From Acidimicrobiia bacterium (GTDB lineage: Bacteria; Actinomycetota; Acidimicrobiia; Acidimicrobiales; Bin134): DNA of 64,000 nucleotides. Within the stretch, counting starts at the first letter, position 1. Every line of letters starts with the position of its first letter. Both the position numbers and the translations under genes were made by a program. The notes below the pieces were generated by a model that made no database searches, was not told the DNA's origin, and saw only the letters and a program-made list of their open reading frames with translations. This document shows, in pieces, positions 54,158 to 63,589 of the stretch. The stretch is taken from contig JAJDYU010000085.1 of the NCBI GenBank assembly GCA_022825005.1, positions 126,947 through 190,946 on the forward strand, in the 5' to 3' direction.

Positions 54158-55447
54158 TTACTCAGGCCACTCGATGTTGTAGTCGTCAAACCAGAACCGG
54201 GCCTCGCGAATGGCATTCGGTTCGGTCCGAAGGTTGAGATCCTGGTTGAGCTGCTCGGGGGTCGGCCCGATCTGACTAGCGATGTTCGACAGCCCGTCAA
54301 TGTCGAGGTCGTAACACCGCACGGCGTTGAGCCCGAGCAAAAGGCGGGTCTCCTCGACAGGGATCTGCTGGAAGTCGGTCTCTAGGCGCTCAACCGTGTT
54401 GGGCCAGCTTCCCTCAGGATGGGGGTAGTCGGTGCCCCACATCAGGGCGTCGACGCCGTTCATGTAGCGGCGGCGCAGCTCGACTTTGCTCATGGTGGAG
54501 GCGCCGATGAACACGTTGGTGCCGATGTACTCCGACGGCAGGCGCTGGATGAGGCCCTTCGTCTGCGAGCTCATCTTCTTCACCTTCCAGTTGCGCCCCC
54601 CGAACATGGCATCGGCCTTGAACAGCAGGTCGCCGAGCCACCACGATCCGCACTCCACCGGCACATAGCGAAGGCCGGGATGACGATCGAAGGCCCCGGA
54701 GAACAAGAGCTGCCACAGCGGCCGATGGGTCCAGAACGCCACCTCAAGCATGTACTGGGCCATGTTCTCGTTGTACGACGGCCGATCGGCCTCGCCCGAG
54801 TGAGTGTGCACCACCAGCCCGGCCTCGGCGCAGGCCGCCCATATCGGGTCGTAGCTCTCGTGGCCGTATGAGGGATGCTCATGCCACATGGTCGGGATCA
54901 TGATGCCCTTGACGCCGGGCTTGCCGGCCAGCGCCTCGATCTCCTTCACCGACTCCTCAACTCCGTGAGTGATCGGCACCAAGGCCACCCCGCCGCGGCG
55001 AGGCGGGTTGGTGGCGCAGAACTCCTCCAGCCAGCGGTTGTGGGCCCGGGCACCGGCCCACGCCTGACGGGAGTCGGTGATCTGCCCCGCTGACAGGCCA
55101 GCACCAAAGGGTGGAGCCTCCATTCCGGTGACGGCGTCGCCGTCGGCGAAGATGATCTCACCAGCCACGCCATCGGCATCGAGAGTCTTGTCGCGGATTT
55201 CTGGGTCGTAGGCACCTTTCAACCCGATCTCGTTCTCGCTCTCCCACTGCTCGACGTATTCGCCGTTGATCTCCTCAACCATGGCCCGATGCTGATGGCG
55301 GGTTACCAGCCACTCGTCGAACTCAGGATGCAGCGATGACTCCAAATACTCGCGGTAGTCCTCGACAAACAGTCCGGCGTGAGTATCGGACGAGACAATG
55401 ATGTATGGGGCGTTGCCTTGGTCAACACCGGCGACAGGGCTGGGCAT
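54158..55447 (-). CDS. Amidohydrolase_2 family protein
   Basis: IIVSSDTHAG... and MWGTDYPHPEGSW. Start at ATG 55447 (GAGGGAG upstream). Confidence 0.85.
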   Translation of the reverse strand: MPSPVAGVDQGNAPYIIVSSDTHAGLFVEDYREYLESSLHPEFDEWLVTRHQHRAMVEEINGEYVEQWESENEIGLKGAYDPEIRDKTLDADGVAGEIIFADGDAVTGMEAPPFGAGLSAGQITDSRQAWAGARAHNRWLEEFCATNPPRRGGVALVPITHGVEESVKEIEALAGKPGVKGIMIPTMWHEHPSYGHESYDPIWAACAEAGLVVHTHSGEADRPSYNENMAQYMLEVAFWTHRPLWQLLFSGAFDRHPGLRYVPVECGSWWLGDLLFKADAMFGGRNWKVKKMSSQTKGLIQRLPSEYIGTNVFIGASTMSKVELRRRYMNGVDALMWGTDYPHPEGSWPNTVERLETDFQQIPVEETRLLLGLNAVRCYDLDIDGLSNIASQIGPTPEQLNQDLNLRTEPNAIREARFWFDDYNIEWPE

Positions 55448-55554
55448 TGGACGGCTCCCTCTCGAAATTTGGGTGCGTACAACAGCTAGAGCGCTGATCA
55501 CACTGTACTGTCACACCGGCAATGGCTCGCCAATGACGCCCCAAGGGAGGATGT

Positions 55555-55974
55555 ATGACGCAGATCCTTGCCCAGTACTGCATCAATGTGGAAGACATGG
55601 ACCGGGCTCTGGAGTTCTGGGTGGATGTGTGCGAACTCGAGCTCCAGCACCGCCTTGAGATCCCCGGCGCCTTGGAAGCGGTGATCCAGTCCCCCCACGG
55701 CGGGTCACGCCTCCAGTTGGCGCAGCACCTCGACAACGAGGGCCCCATCGATATGGGCACAGCCATGTGGAAGATCTACATAAACACTTCGGACTGCCAT
55801 CGGCTCTACCAGCGAGCCATGGACGCCGGCTGTGAGTCGGTCATGGAGCCCACCCATCTCGACCGCTGGCCGGTGATCATGGCCTATGTAAGAGACTTCG
55901 ACGGCTATCTCATCGAGTTCGTCGAGCACAAAGAAGGCACCCGCCCCGGCATCCCCGACCCGAAGAAGGTATGA
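55555..55974 (+). CDS. VOC (glyoxalase/bleomycin-resistance) family protein
   Basis: 139 aa. INVEDMDRALEFW... and DFDGYLIEFVE. Confidence 0.8.
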   Translation: MTQILAQYCINVEDMDRALEFWVDVCELELQHRLEIPGALEAVIQSPHGGSRLQLAQHLDNEGPIDMGTAMWKIYINTSDCHRLYQRAMDAGCESVMEPTHLDRWPVIMAYVRDFDGYLIEFVEHKEGTRPGIPDPKKV

Positions 55975-56080
55975 GCGGCTCCACTAGTTCGGGAATTCTG
56001 CCCTGACCCCGCTCGAGATATTCATAATCATCTGCTTCTCGGCCGCGGGGGCCATTTCCCAGGGCTGTCTGGGCATTGGG

Positions 56081-56719
56081 TTGGCCCTCGTGGCTGGGCC
56101 TGCCCTGGTGGCCATCGACCCGAGCTTTGCCCCTGGGCCGCTCATAGTCGTCGGCCAAGTTGTCGGCATTCGCAATGTCATTGTCGAACGCAGCCACACC
56201 GACCGCAGGGCCGTCCGACGATGTGCATACGGACTGCCATTCGGCTTGGTTGCTGGGTTGGTAGTGCTCTCCATGGTTAGTGACGGGGTCATCGCGCTCT
56301 TGGTGGGGAGCCTTGCCGCGGCCGGCGCCCTATCGCTTCTCTGCGGATTTCGGATTGCCCGGACCCCAGGGGTGGAGGTGGCCACGGGAATGGGGGTTGG
56401 ATTCTCCAGCATGACCGCTGCCTTGCCCGGCCCCGCATTCGTGCTCACCTTCAGCGACATGAAGCCCGCGACACTGCGAGGCACAGTTGGCACGGTATTC
56501 CTTATGGTGGCGGTTGCCGCCTTGATCGGGCTCCTCGCCACCGGCGAGTTCGGCCTGTACGAGATCGAACTCATCGGCTGGCTCATCCCCGGCATCATTC
56601 TGGGGCTGTTCTTGGCCCGCTTCGTCCGCCCTCTCCTTGATCGGGCCTGGTTCCGTCCTGCCGTGCTCCTCGTCGCCCTCGCCGGCGGTATCGCCCTCAT
56701 CCTCCGTCAGGTGCTGTGA
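56081..56719 (+). CDS. TauE/SafE-type membrane transporter; the 5' end is probably upstream (to about 56003)
   Basis: Multi-TM ORF. The in-frame upstream LTPLEIFIIICFSAAGAISQGCLGIG completes TM1, but it has no ATG/GTG/TTG. Confidence 0.7.
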   Translation: MALVAGPALVAIDPSFAPGPLIVVGQVVGIRNVIVERSHTDRRAVRRCAYGLPFGLVAGLVVLSMVSDGVIALLVGSLAAAGALSLLCGFRIARTPGVEVATGMGVGFSSMTAALPGPAFVLTFSDMKPATLRGTVGTVFLMVAVAALIGLLATGEFGLYEIELIGWLIPGIILGLFLARFVRPLLDRAWFRPAVLLVALAGGIALILRQVL

Positions 56720-56802
56720 ATGCAGCCCTTGCCGGTTGCACCATGGCATCATGCCCCGGTTTCAGGAGTGCTAAGCAGAGAAAGCCACCAAGGGGAGACA
56801 AC

Positions 56803-59181
56803 ATGACTGAGACCTATCGCGATCCGAACGCAGCCATCGACGACCGAGTTACTGATCTCCTGGGGCGTATGACGCTCGAGGAGAAGGTGGCCCAGCTAGG
56901 AGCGATTTGGCTCACTGCTCTGGTTCAGGACGAGACCTTCGACGCCGACCATGTGGCCAAGACGCTGGCCGACGGCATCGGCCAAGTCACCCGCATTGGC
57001 GCGAGCACTGGACTGCTGGCCAACGAGTCGGCCCAGCTCGGCAACTCCATCCAAAGGGTGCTGGTGGAACGCACCCGGCTGGGGATTCCCACAGTGATCC
57101 ATGAGGAGGGCGTCGGCGGATTCCTCCATCGCGGCGCCACCACGTTCCCCCAAGGGCTGGGTCTGGCGGCCACCTGGGACGTTGACCTCATGGCTGAGGT
57201 GGCCGAGGTGATCCGCACCCAGATGACTGCCGTTGGCGCCCGCCACAACCTCTCCCCCGTCTTGGACGTCGCCCGGGATCCCCGATGGGGACGGGTCGAG
57301 GAGACCTACGGTGAGTCACCGGAGTTGTGCGCCCGGATGGGTGTTGCCTACGTCAGTGCCCTCCAGACCGACAATTTGGCCAACGGCGTGGTGTGTACTG
57401 GCAAGCATTTCCTGGGCTACGGATACTCCCTCGGAGGCCGGAATCAAGCACCCGTCCACCTCGGTGACCGTGAGCTACGCGAGGTGTACGCCGAGCCGTT
57501 CGCGGCCGCCATCCGCGAAGCTGGCCTGGAATCGATCATGAACAGCTACTCCTCGATCGATGGCGTGCCGGTAGCGGCCAGCCGGGCGCTGCTCACCGAT
57601 CTCCTGCGGGGCGAACTGGGCTTCGACGGCACGGTGGTGGCCGACTACTTCGCGGTCATGCAACTGCACTTCAACCACATGACCGCGGCAGATCCCACTG
57701 AGTCGGCCATCCAAGCTCTCAGCGCGGGCCTCGATATCGAACTCCCCGCCCTCGACTGCTACAAGCACCTTCCAACCGCAGTCCAAGAAGGCCGAATCGA
57801 CGAGTCAATCATCGACGAGTCGTGTGCACGGGTACTGGCCCAAAAGTTCCGGCTCGGGCTGTTTGAGAACCCCTATGTGGACGCCGAATCTGCACCCAAC
57901 GTCTTCGACACCCCCGACCAGAGGGCGTTGGCCCGGCGGGCCGCCGCTGAAGGGGTGATCCTGGTGGAAAACGATGGAGTGCTGCCTCTCGACTCCTCGA
58001 TCTCACAAGTGGCGGTCATCGGCCCCCACGCCGACGATCCTCGGCTTCTCCAGGGCGACTACCACTATCCCGCCCATCTGGAGATCATCTATCAGAACCG
58101 CAGTGCAGAAATGCTCGAGGCCATGGAGGCTCTCGGCATGGAACAAGGCATCGACCAGCTGCCCGAGGCCGGTGGCACGTTCTCCCCGGGACCGCACTTC
58201 ACCCCCCATGTGACGCCGCTCCAAGGCTTGCGGGCCGCCCTGCCCAACGCCGAGGTCGTTTACGTAGCAGGGTGTGCCGATACCGGTGACGACGCATCAG
58301 GAATCGGGGATGCCGTTGCCGCCGCGGCCTCAGCCGATGTCGCCATTGTGTGCGTGGGTGCCCGCTCGGGGCTGGTTGCCGATGCCACCGTCGGCGAAGC
58401 CCGCGACGCCACCCACCTGGGCCTTCCCGGAGTGCAGTCGCAACTCGTAGCCGAGGTCGCGGCCACCGGCACCCCGACCGTCGTCGTCGTGATCAGTGGA
58501 CGGGTCCATACGCTCGCCGATGAGGCTGCGGCCGCCAATGCCCTGCTCTGGTCGATCCTTCCTGGCGAGGAAGGCGGCGCGGCCATCGCCGATGTGCTGG
58601 TTGGTGCCGTCAACCCTGCGGGACGTCTCCCGGTCTCTCTGCCCAAACACGTCGGTCAGGTTCCGCTGCACTATGACATGCGGCGACGGGGCGACCGGTC
58701 GGAGTTCTACGGCAGCTATGTCGATTGCGAATCCGACGCGTTCTATTGGTTCGGGCACGGCCTGTCGTACACCACGTTTGAATATGGCGAGCCCTCAGTG
58801 ACACCCGGGTCGACGACAGAGGCCACCACGATTGCAGTGCCTATTTCCAACACCGGATCAAGCGATGGTGATGAGGTCGTGCAGCTCTATGCCACCGACG
58901 AGGTCGCCTCGGTAGCTCGACCAATTCGCGAGCTGATCGGATTCACCCGGATCGCCATCCCCGCCGGCGAATCCCGCACTGTCACCTTCACCGTCCACCC
59001 CAGCCGACTGGCCTTCCACGGCCTCGACATGGCTCTCGTTACCGAGCCCGGAACGTTCACCTTCCGAGTTGGGGGCTCACCCTACGACTCCGCCATGCAC
59101 GTGATCCCGGTCGACCTCGCCGGTGAAACCGCCCCCTACGACCGCCGCTCCATCATCGCCACCACGGCCGACGTCAGCTAG
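56803..59181 (+). CDS. Glycoside hydrolase family 3 beta-glucosidase (BglX-like)
   Basis: MTETYRDPNAAIDDRVTDLLGRMTLEEKVAQL..., KHFLGYG, GFDGTVVADY. ATG 56803 is preceded by AAGGGGA. Confidence 0.9.
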   Translation: MTETYRDPNAAIDDRVTDLLGRMTLEEKVAQLGAIWLTALVQDETFDADHVAKTLADGIGQVTRIGASTGLLANESAQLGNSIQRVLVERTRLGIPTVIHEEGVGGFLHRGATTFPQGLGLAATWDVDLMAEVAEVIRTQMTAVGARHNLSPVLDVARDPRWGRVEETYGESPELCARMGVAYVSALQTDNLANGVVCTGKHFLGYGYSLGGRNQAPVHLGDRELREVYAEPFAAAIREAGLESIMNSYSSIDGVPVAASRALLTDLLRGELGFDGTVVADYFAVMQLHFNHMTAADPTESAIQALSAGLDIELPALDCYKHLPTAVQEGRIDESIIDESCARVLAQKFRLGLFENPYVDAESAPNVFDTPDQRALARRAAAEGVILVENDGVLPLDSSISQVAVIGPHADDPRLLQGDYHYPAHLEIIYQNRSAEMLEAMEALGMEQGIDQLPEAGGTFSPGPHFTPHVTPLQGLRAALPNAEVVYVAGCADTGDDASGIGDAVAAAASADVAIVCVGARSGLVADATVGEARDATHLGLPGVQSQLVAEVAATGTPTVVVVISGRVHTLADEAAAANALLWSILPGEEGGAAIADVLVGAVNPAGRLPVSLPKHVGQVPLHYDMRRRGDRSEFYGSYVDCESDAFYWFGHGLSYTTFEYGEPSVTPGSTTEATTIAVPISNTGSSDGDEVVQLYATDEVASVARPIRELIGFTRIAIPAGESRTVTFTVHPSRLAFHGLDMALVTEPGTFTFRVGGSPYDSAMHVIPVDLAGETAPYDRRSIIATTADVS

Positions 59182-59195
59182 CGAGGCCAAGCTCC

Positions 59196-59708
59196 TTACG
59201 GCAGCGGCTGGGCATCGAGCAGGACGAAGGCCAGGCGTGCTGGCTCGGTGCCTCGGTTCTCCCAATGGTGGGCCGTACCGCGTTGGACCACCGTGTCGTA
59301 CTTGTGCAGGGTCACCTCGCCCTCGTCCAACAGCAGGGTGACTTCGCCGTCGAGCACCACCATGTAGTCGATCGTCCTGGTGGTGTGCATCCCGGGTCGG
59401 CTATCGCTATGGGTGACCGCGCCCTCTGCGGCGAGCCGCTCAGCAGTTTCCGCGGCTGCTCCCGGATCGAGTTCCCGACTGGGGGGAAGCTCCACCATCC
59501 AGAACAGGGATCCCTGGGGAGGAGCTTCGAGCCGGGTTTCGCGCAAGGCGGCATCGGTCACCTCTCCGGAGTTGTCAGCGGGGGAACCCTCCGTTGTCCA
59601 AATCTGCACCCGGCGCTTGTAGTCGTAAACGTCATTGAAGACGACAACCGACTTGCCATCGGCGTCGTGTCCTGTGACCACGCGGCGGATCGTGTGGGCG
59701 CTGTCCAT
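59196..59708 (-). CDS. Cupin-domain protein
   Basis: 170 aa. GMHTTRTIDYMVVLDGEVTL...GTAHHWEN. Confidence 0.7.
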   Translation of the reverse strand: MDSAHTIRRVVTGHDADGKSVVVFNDVYDYKRRVQIWTTEGSPADNSGEVTDAALRETRLEAPPQGSLFWMVELPPSRELDPGAAAETAERLAAEGAVTHSDSRPGMHTTRTIDYMVVLDGEVTLLLDEGEVTLHKYDTVVQRGTAHHWENRGTEPARLAFVLLDAQPLP

Positions 59709-59752
59709 CTTCTGCTTCGTTCCTTGTTGTTGGGGTTCTTCTGTAGCCGAAC

Positions 59753-60556
59753 TCAGAGCGGCATTACCCGCCCGCCGCTGGCGTGGATGGTGGCCCCGAG
59801 CATGGCGTGGCTCGGTGCGGAGGCGGCATAGGCGATCACGTCGGCGGCTTCATCGACTCGCAGGACCCGGCCCCATGGCAGCAAGCCGCGGTGCACGACA
59901 TTCAACATATGCTCGTCCTGTTCGGGAGTCGGAGGATTTTTGCTGCCCATGCCGCCGGTCGAGATGCCGCCGAGAGCGACAACATTCACCACAATGCCGT
60001 AGGGGGCCAATTCCGCGGCGGCCGACTTTGTCCAGGCGATCAAGCCCCCTTTGGCGGCGTTGTACAGAGACACGGGGCTCATGTCGGCGGGCGGCGGGTT
60101 GAATGGTGCCGTCGAGGCCACGCTGACCACTCGGCCGTAGTTGGCCTCCTTCATGGCCGGTACGACTGCCTGGGTACACAGCATCGGACCGAGCAAGTTG
60201 ACGCCGATCACCCGGTTGAATTCCTCCACCTCGAAGTCCTCGGTGCTGCTGGCCCCGCCGATCGCCGCGTTGTTGACCAGCGCATCAATGCGACCGAACT
60301 CCCCCAGCACGGCTTCAGCCATAGCCACGACATCATCGCGATTCGACACGTCGGCCCGCACCCAAATCGCCCGCTGGCCGGTCTCTCCCATGATGGCCTC
60401 AGCGCTCTGCTCCCCCCAGTCCTGACGGAGGTCAACCAACGCAATGTCGTAACCGCGTTGGGCGAGGGCCATTGCCGTGGCTCCGCCCACCCCCCACGGC
60501 CGTGCCCCGGTAACAATGGCGACTCTGCTTTCGCTGCGAGCGGTCATCTCTTGCAC
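59753..60556 (-). CDS. SDR family oxidoreductase
   Basis: 267 aa. VAIVTGARPWGVG, YNAAKGGL. Confidence 0.9.
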   Translation of the reverse strand: MQEMTARSESRVAIVTGARPWGVGGATAMALAQRGYDIALVDLRQDWGEQSAEAIMGETGQRAIWVRADVSNRDDVVAMAEAVLGEFGRIDALVNNAAIGGASSTEDFEVEEFNRVIGVNLLGPMLCTQAVVPAMKEANYGRVVSVASTAPFNPPPADMSPVSLYNAAKGGLIAWTKSAAAELAPYGIVVNVVALGGISTGGMGSKNPPTPEQDEHMLNVVHRGLLPWGRVLRVDEAADVIAYAASAPSHAMLGATIHASGGRVMPL

Positions 60557-60596
60557 TCCTTCGGGGTGGCTTGCGGTCTAGCTGTTGAACCAAGAC

Positions 60597-61853
60597 TCAC
60601 GCGTATGGACCGACGGTTCGAAACGCGAAGTAGCCATAGCCCTTGCGCTCAGGCCCCTCCAGAGCCGGAATGGCTTCCAACGGGGTGGTGATCTCTTCGA
60701 TGGTGGGACCGATCTCATCGGCGATCGAGCGCAGCACGCTGATGTCGAGCCCGTAGACCCGGGCCGCGTTTTCCCCGACAATGGACCGAACCTTGTCGTG
60801 GGGGGCGCTGGCCATGGCGTGGCGGAGCGATAGGTGGGTCATGGGGGTCTCGTCGGGGTCGTCGGAATAGCGCCAGGTACCCTCGGGATGCGGGTAGTCG
60901 CGGCCCCAGAAGATATTCGTCCACCACCAGTCGTCTACCGCAGCCTCTACCTCGAACGGGGCGATGAAGCTGGCCCCGACAAAAACGTTTTGCTTGAAGT
61001 ACTCGCTCGGAGCTTTGGACAGCTCTGCGTTGGCCAACGGCAGCGGCGCCAGGGCTGCCGAATCAAGCTCGACCAGGGCAGCGGGGATCCACACCCCGGG
61101 CTGTTCGGTCATGGCCAGCTTGAGGCCGGGGAACCGCTCGAACACTCCCCCCAGAATCATGCGGGCCACCGCCCGGCGGTTGTACGCCCCACCGGCCTCT
61201 ATCAACAGCAGCGGCGTGCCGCTGACTTCCCGAACGGCAGGATCGGTAGCCGCCCCGGAGTGGGTGCCCAGCACCAACCCGGCTTCTTGCACCGCGGCCC
61301 AGAACGGATCCCAGTCCGACTCGTTGTACTGGACCCATTGCGGTCGGGCGCTGGGAAAATTAACCGCCCGCAACCCGTGGTCGGCCGCCCACCCTACCTC
61401 TCGAATGGCGGCGTCAATGTCCCACATCGGGATATGGGCCAGCCCGATAAGCCGGTCGGGTGCCGCCGAGCAAAAATCGGCGAGCCAGCGGTTGTAGATC
61501 TGAAATCCCACCCCGGCTAACTCGGGATTGTCGAGCTCGGGCCAGCCTTCGTCGACGAAGGGAATCGGCTCGCCGTTGAAGCTGTTGTGGAAGATCACCT
61601 CGGCGGCAATGCCATCTCGGTCCATGTCGGCCAGGCGGGCTTCTGGGTCATTGTGCCCCGAGGTATTCATGTACAGCGACCCGCTCTCGCGCACCACGGC
61701 GCGCATTTCCTTGACTTGGGGGCTGGCGGAGAACTCATCGAAGGCCGCCAAGTAAGCCGACGGACAATATGTCCGCAGCGCTTCCAGGGTTGGGCCGGCG
61801 TGGGAATCGCCGGACACCAACAACACCCGCTCGTTCTCGTTGGCCGTCATCAT
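60597..61853 (-). CDS. Amidohydrolase_2 family protein
   Basis: MMTANENERVLLVSGDSHAGP... and FWGRDYPHPEGTW. Start at ATG 61853; the track start 61991 overlaps the divergent gene. Confidence 0.85.
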   Translation of the reverse strand: MMTANENERVLLVSGDSHAGPTLEALRTYCPSAYLAAFDEFSASPQVKEMRAVVRESGSLYMNTSGHNDPEARLADMDRDGIAAEVIFHNSFNGEPIPFVDEGWPELDNPELAGVGFQIYNRWLADFCSAAPDRLIGLAHIPMWDIDAAIREVGWAADHGLRAVNFPSARPQWVQYNESDWDPFWAAVQEAGLVLGTHSGAATDPAVREVSGTPLLLIEAGGAYNRRAVARMILGGVFERFPGLKLAMTEQPGVWIPAALVELDSAALAPLPLANAELSKAPSEYFKQNVFVGASFIAPFEVEAAVDDWWWTNIFWGRDYPHPEGTWRYSDDPDETPMTHLSLRHAMASAPHDKVRSIVGENAARVYGLDISVLRSIADEIGPTIEEITTPLEAIPALEGPERKGYGYFAFRTVGPYA

Positions 61854-61972
61854 CGGCCCTAAGCCTTGCGACTGCGGCGGAGTGTCACCAATCCGCAGGT
61901 TAGCTTCGACAACCGCCCCTCGCCGCCAACGGCGACCTACCATGCACAAGCCGCCACCAGAAGGGAGAGCTA

Positions 61973-62389
61973 ATGGCCGCCGATGCCCCAACCCGGCCGT
62001 CGCCCACGGTCACCGATGACAGCGCCGTGTTCTGGGACGCGGCCGCCGAAAGCCGCCTCGTTGCCCAGCGCTGTGCCGGCTGCGGAAGGCTGCGTCACCC
62101 GCCGCGTCCCATGTGCCCGGCCTGTTCATCGCTGGAGGTGGAAATAGCCGAGCTAAGCGGGCAGGGAACCCTGTACAGCTATGCCATACTCCACCACCCC
62201 CAGCATCCGGCATTCGAATACCCGGTTATCGCGGCGCTGGTGGATCTCGAAGAGGGAGTTCGCCTGCTGTCGTCCCTTACCGATGTCTCGAAAGACGACG
62301 TGCGCATCGGCATGCCGGTTTACGCGCACTTCGTGCCCACCGCTGACGGTCCCCTGATCCCCGTGTTCCGTCCTAGCGAGGACTTGTGA
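61973..62389 (+). CDS. Zn-ribbon/OB-fold protein (DUF35 family)
   Basis: 138 aa. CAGCGRLRHPPRPMCPACSS rubredoxin-like knuckle. Start/stop overlaps the thiolase-like gene. Confidence 0.85.
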   Translation: MAADAPTRPSPTVTDDSAVFWDAAAESRLVAQRCAGCGRLRHPPRPMCPACSSLEVEIAELSGQGTLYSYAILHHPQHPAFEYPVIAALVDLEEGVRLLSSLTDVSKDDVRIGMPVYAHFVPTADGPLIPVFRPSEDL

Positions 62390-63567
62390 AGGGCCGCCGC
62401 ACTTTGGCCCGCGGGGCGGCTTCTATCGTCGGGGTCGGCTGCACAGAGTTCTCCCGCAGGGCCGGCCGCACTGAGCTCCAACTGGCCTGCGAATCGATTA
62501 CCGCCGCCCTTGACGATGCCGGAATTGCCGCGGCCGATGTCAACGGGATCGTCAGCTACACCGTCGACCCCGTGGAGGAAACCGAGCTTGTCCGCTCGGT
62601 GGGGCTCGAGGAGATCAATTTCTCAGCCAGAATCCCCTACGGGGGCGGCGGATCGGTAGGCGTCTTGCAGCACGCCGCGGCTGCGGTGGCCAGCGGCACC
62701 GCAGAAGTGGTCGTGGCCTACCGGGCGATAAGAGCCCGATCTGGTGCCACCCGGTTTGGATCGGCCAAAACAGCACCCTCTCCCACTTCGGGCCATTCGG
62801 GAACCACGGCCATGCAGTGGTGCATGCCCTTCGGGGTGTTGACTCCGGCCTCTTGGATGGCACTCAACTCAGTGCGCTACATGCACGAATTCGGGGTAGA
62901 AAGTGCGGATTTTGGTCGTGCAGTAGTCCAGTTGCGCGAGTATGCCGCCAGCAATCCCGCGGCTTGGGGGTTCCAGAATCCGATCACCCTGGATGAGCAC
63001 CAGGAATCACGGTGGATAGTCGAGCCTTGCATCCACTTGCTGGACTGCTGCCAGGAGACCGACGGCTCAGTTGCTTTGGTGATCACCGGGTCACAGCGAG
63101 CCGCCGATCTGCCGCACACCCCCGTCCGCATCGGAACCGCATCGACGGCGGGCCTCTTCGAACAGGAGATCGCCAGCGACCACTACCGGCCCGACCTGTC
63201 CGTGATGGACGGCACAGTGGCGCTGGGCCGCCGTCTATTCGAAGATGCGGGGTTCTCCCGAGACGACATCGACGTCGCCCTGATCTACGACGCTTTCTCC
63301 CCCATTTTGCTTATGCAACTCGAAGGGCTGGGGTTCTGCGGGTTCGGCGAAGCGAAGGACTTCATCGCCGACGGCAATCTGGCCCTCGACGGCTCGCTGC
63401 CCACTAACACCAACGGCGGGCTGATCGGCGAGGGCTACATCCACGGGCTCAACCTCGTACTGGAGGCGGTACGTCAGCTACGAGGCACCGCGGTCAATCA
63501 GGTGGCCGAAGCCCGAACCGCGGTTATCTCCGCCAGCCGAACCGGGGCGATCCTGACGCTCGATTGA
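62386..63567 (+). CDS. Thiolase-like lipid-transfer protein (SCP-x type; Ltp-like)
   Basis: 393 aa. Thiolase-fold C-terminal NTNGGLIGEGYIHGLN. Paired with DUF35. Confidence 0.85.
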   Translation: MKGRRTLARGAASIVGVGCTEFSRRAGRTELQLACESITAALDDAGIAAADVNGIVSYTVDPVEETELVRSVGLEEINFSARIPYGGGGSVGVLQHAAAAVASGTAEVVVAYRAIRARSGATRFGSAKTAPSPTSGHSGTTAMQWCMPFGVLTPASWMALNSVRYMHEFGVESADFGRAVVQLREYAASNPAAWGFQNPITLDEHQESRWIVEPCIHLLDCCQETDGSVALVITGSQRAADLPHTPVRIGTASTAGLFEQEIASDHYRPDLSVMDGTVALGRRLFEDAGFSRDDIDVALIYDAFSPILLMQLEGLGFCGFGEAKDFIADGNLALDGSLPTNTNGGLIGEGYIHGLNLVLEAVRQLRGTAVNQVAEARTAVISASRTGAILTLD

Positions 63568-63589
63568 GCGGGCGGAGCGCTGAGAATTC

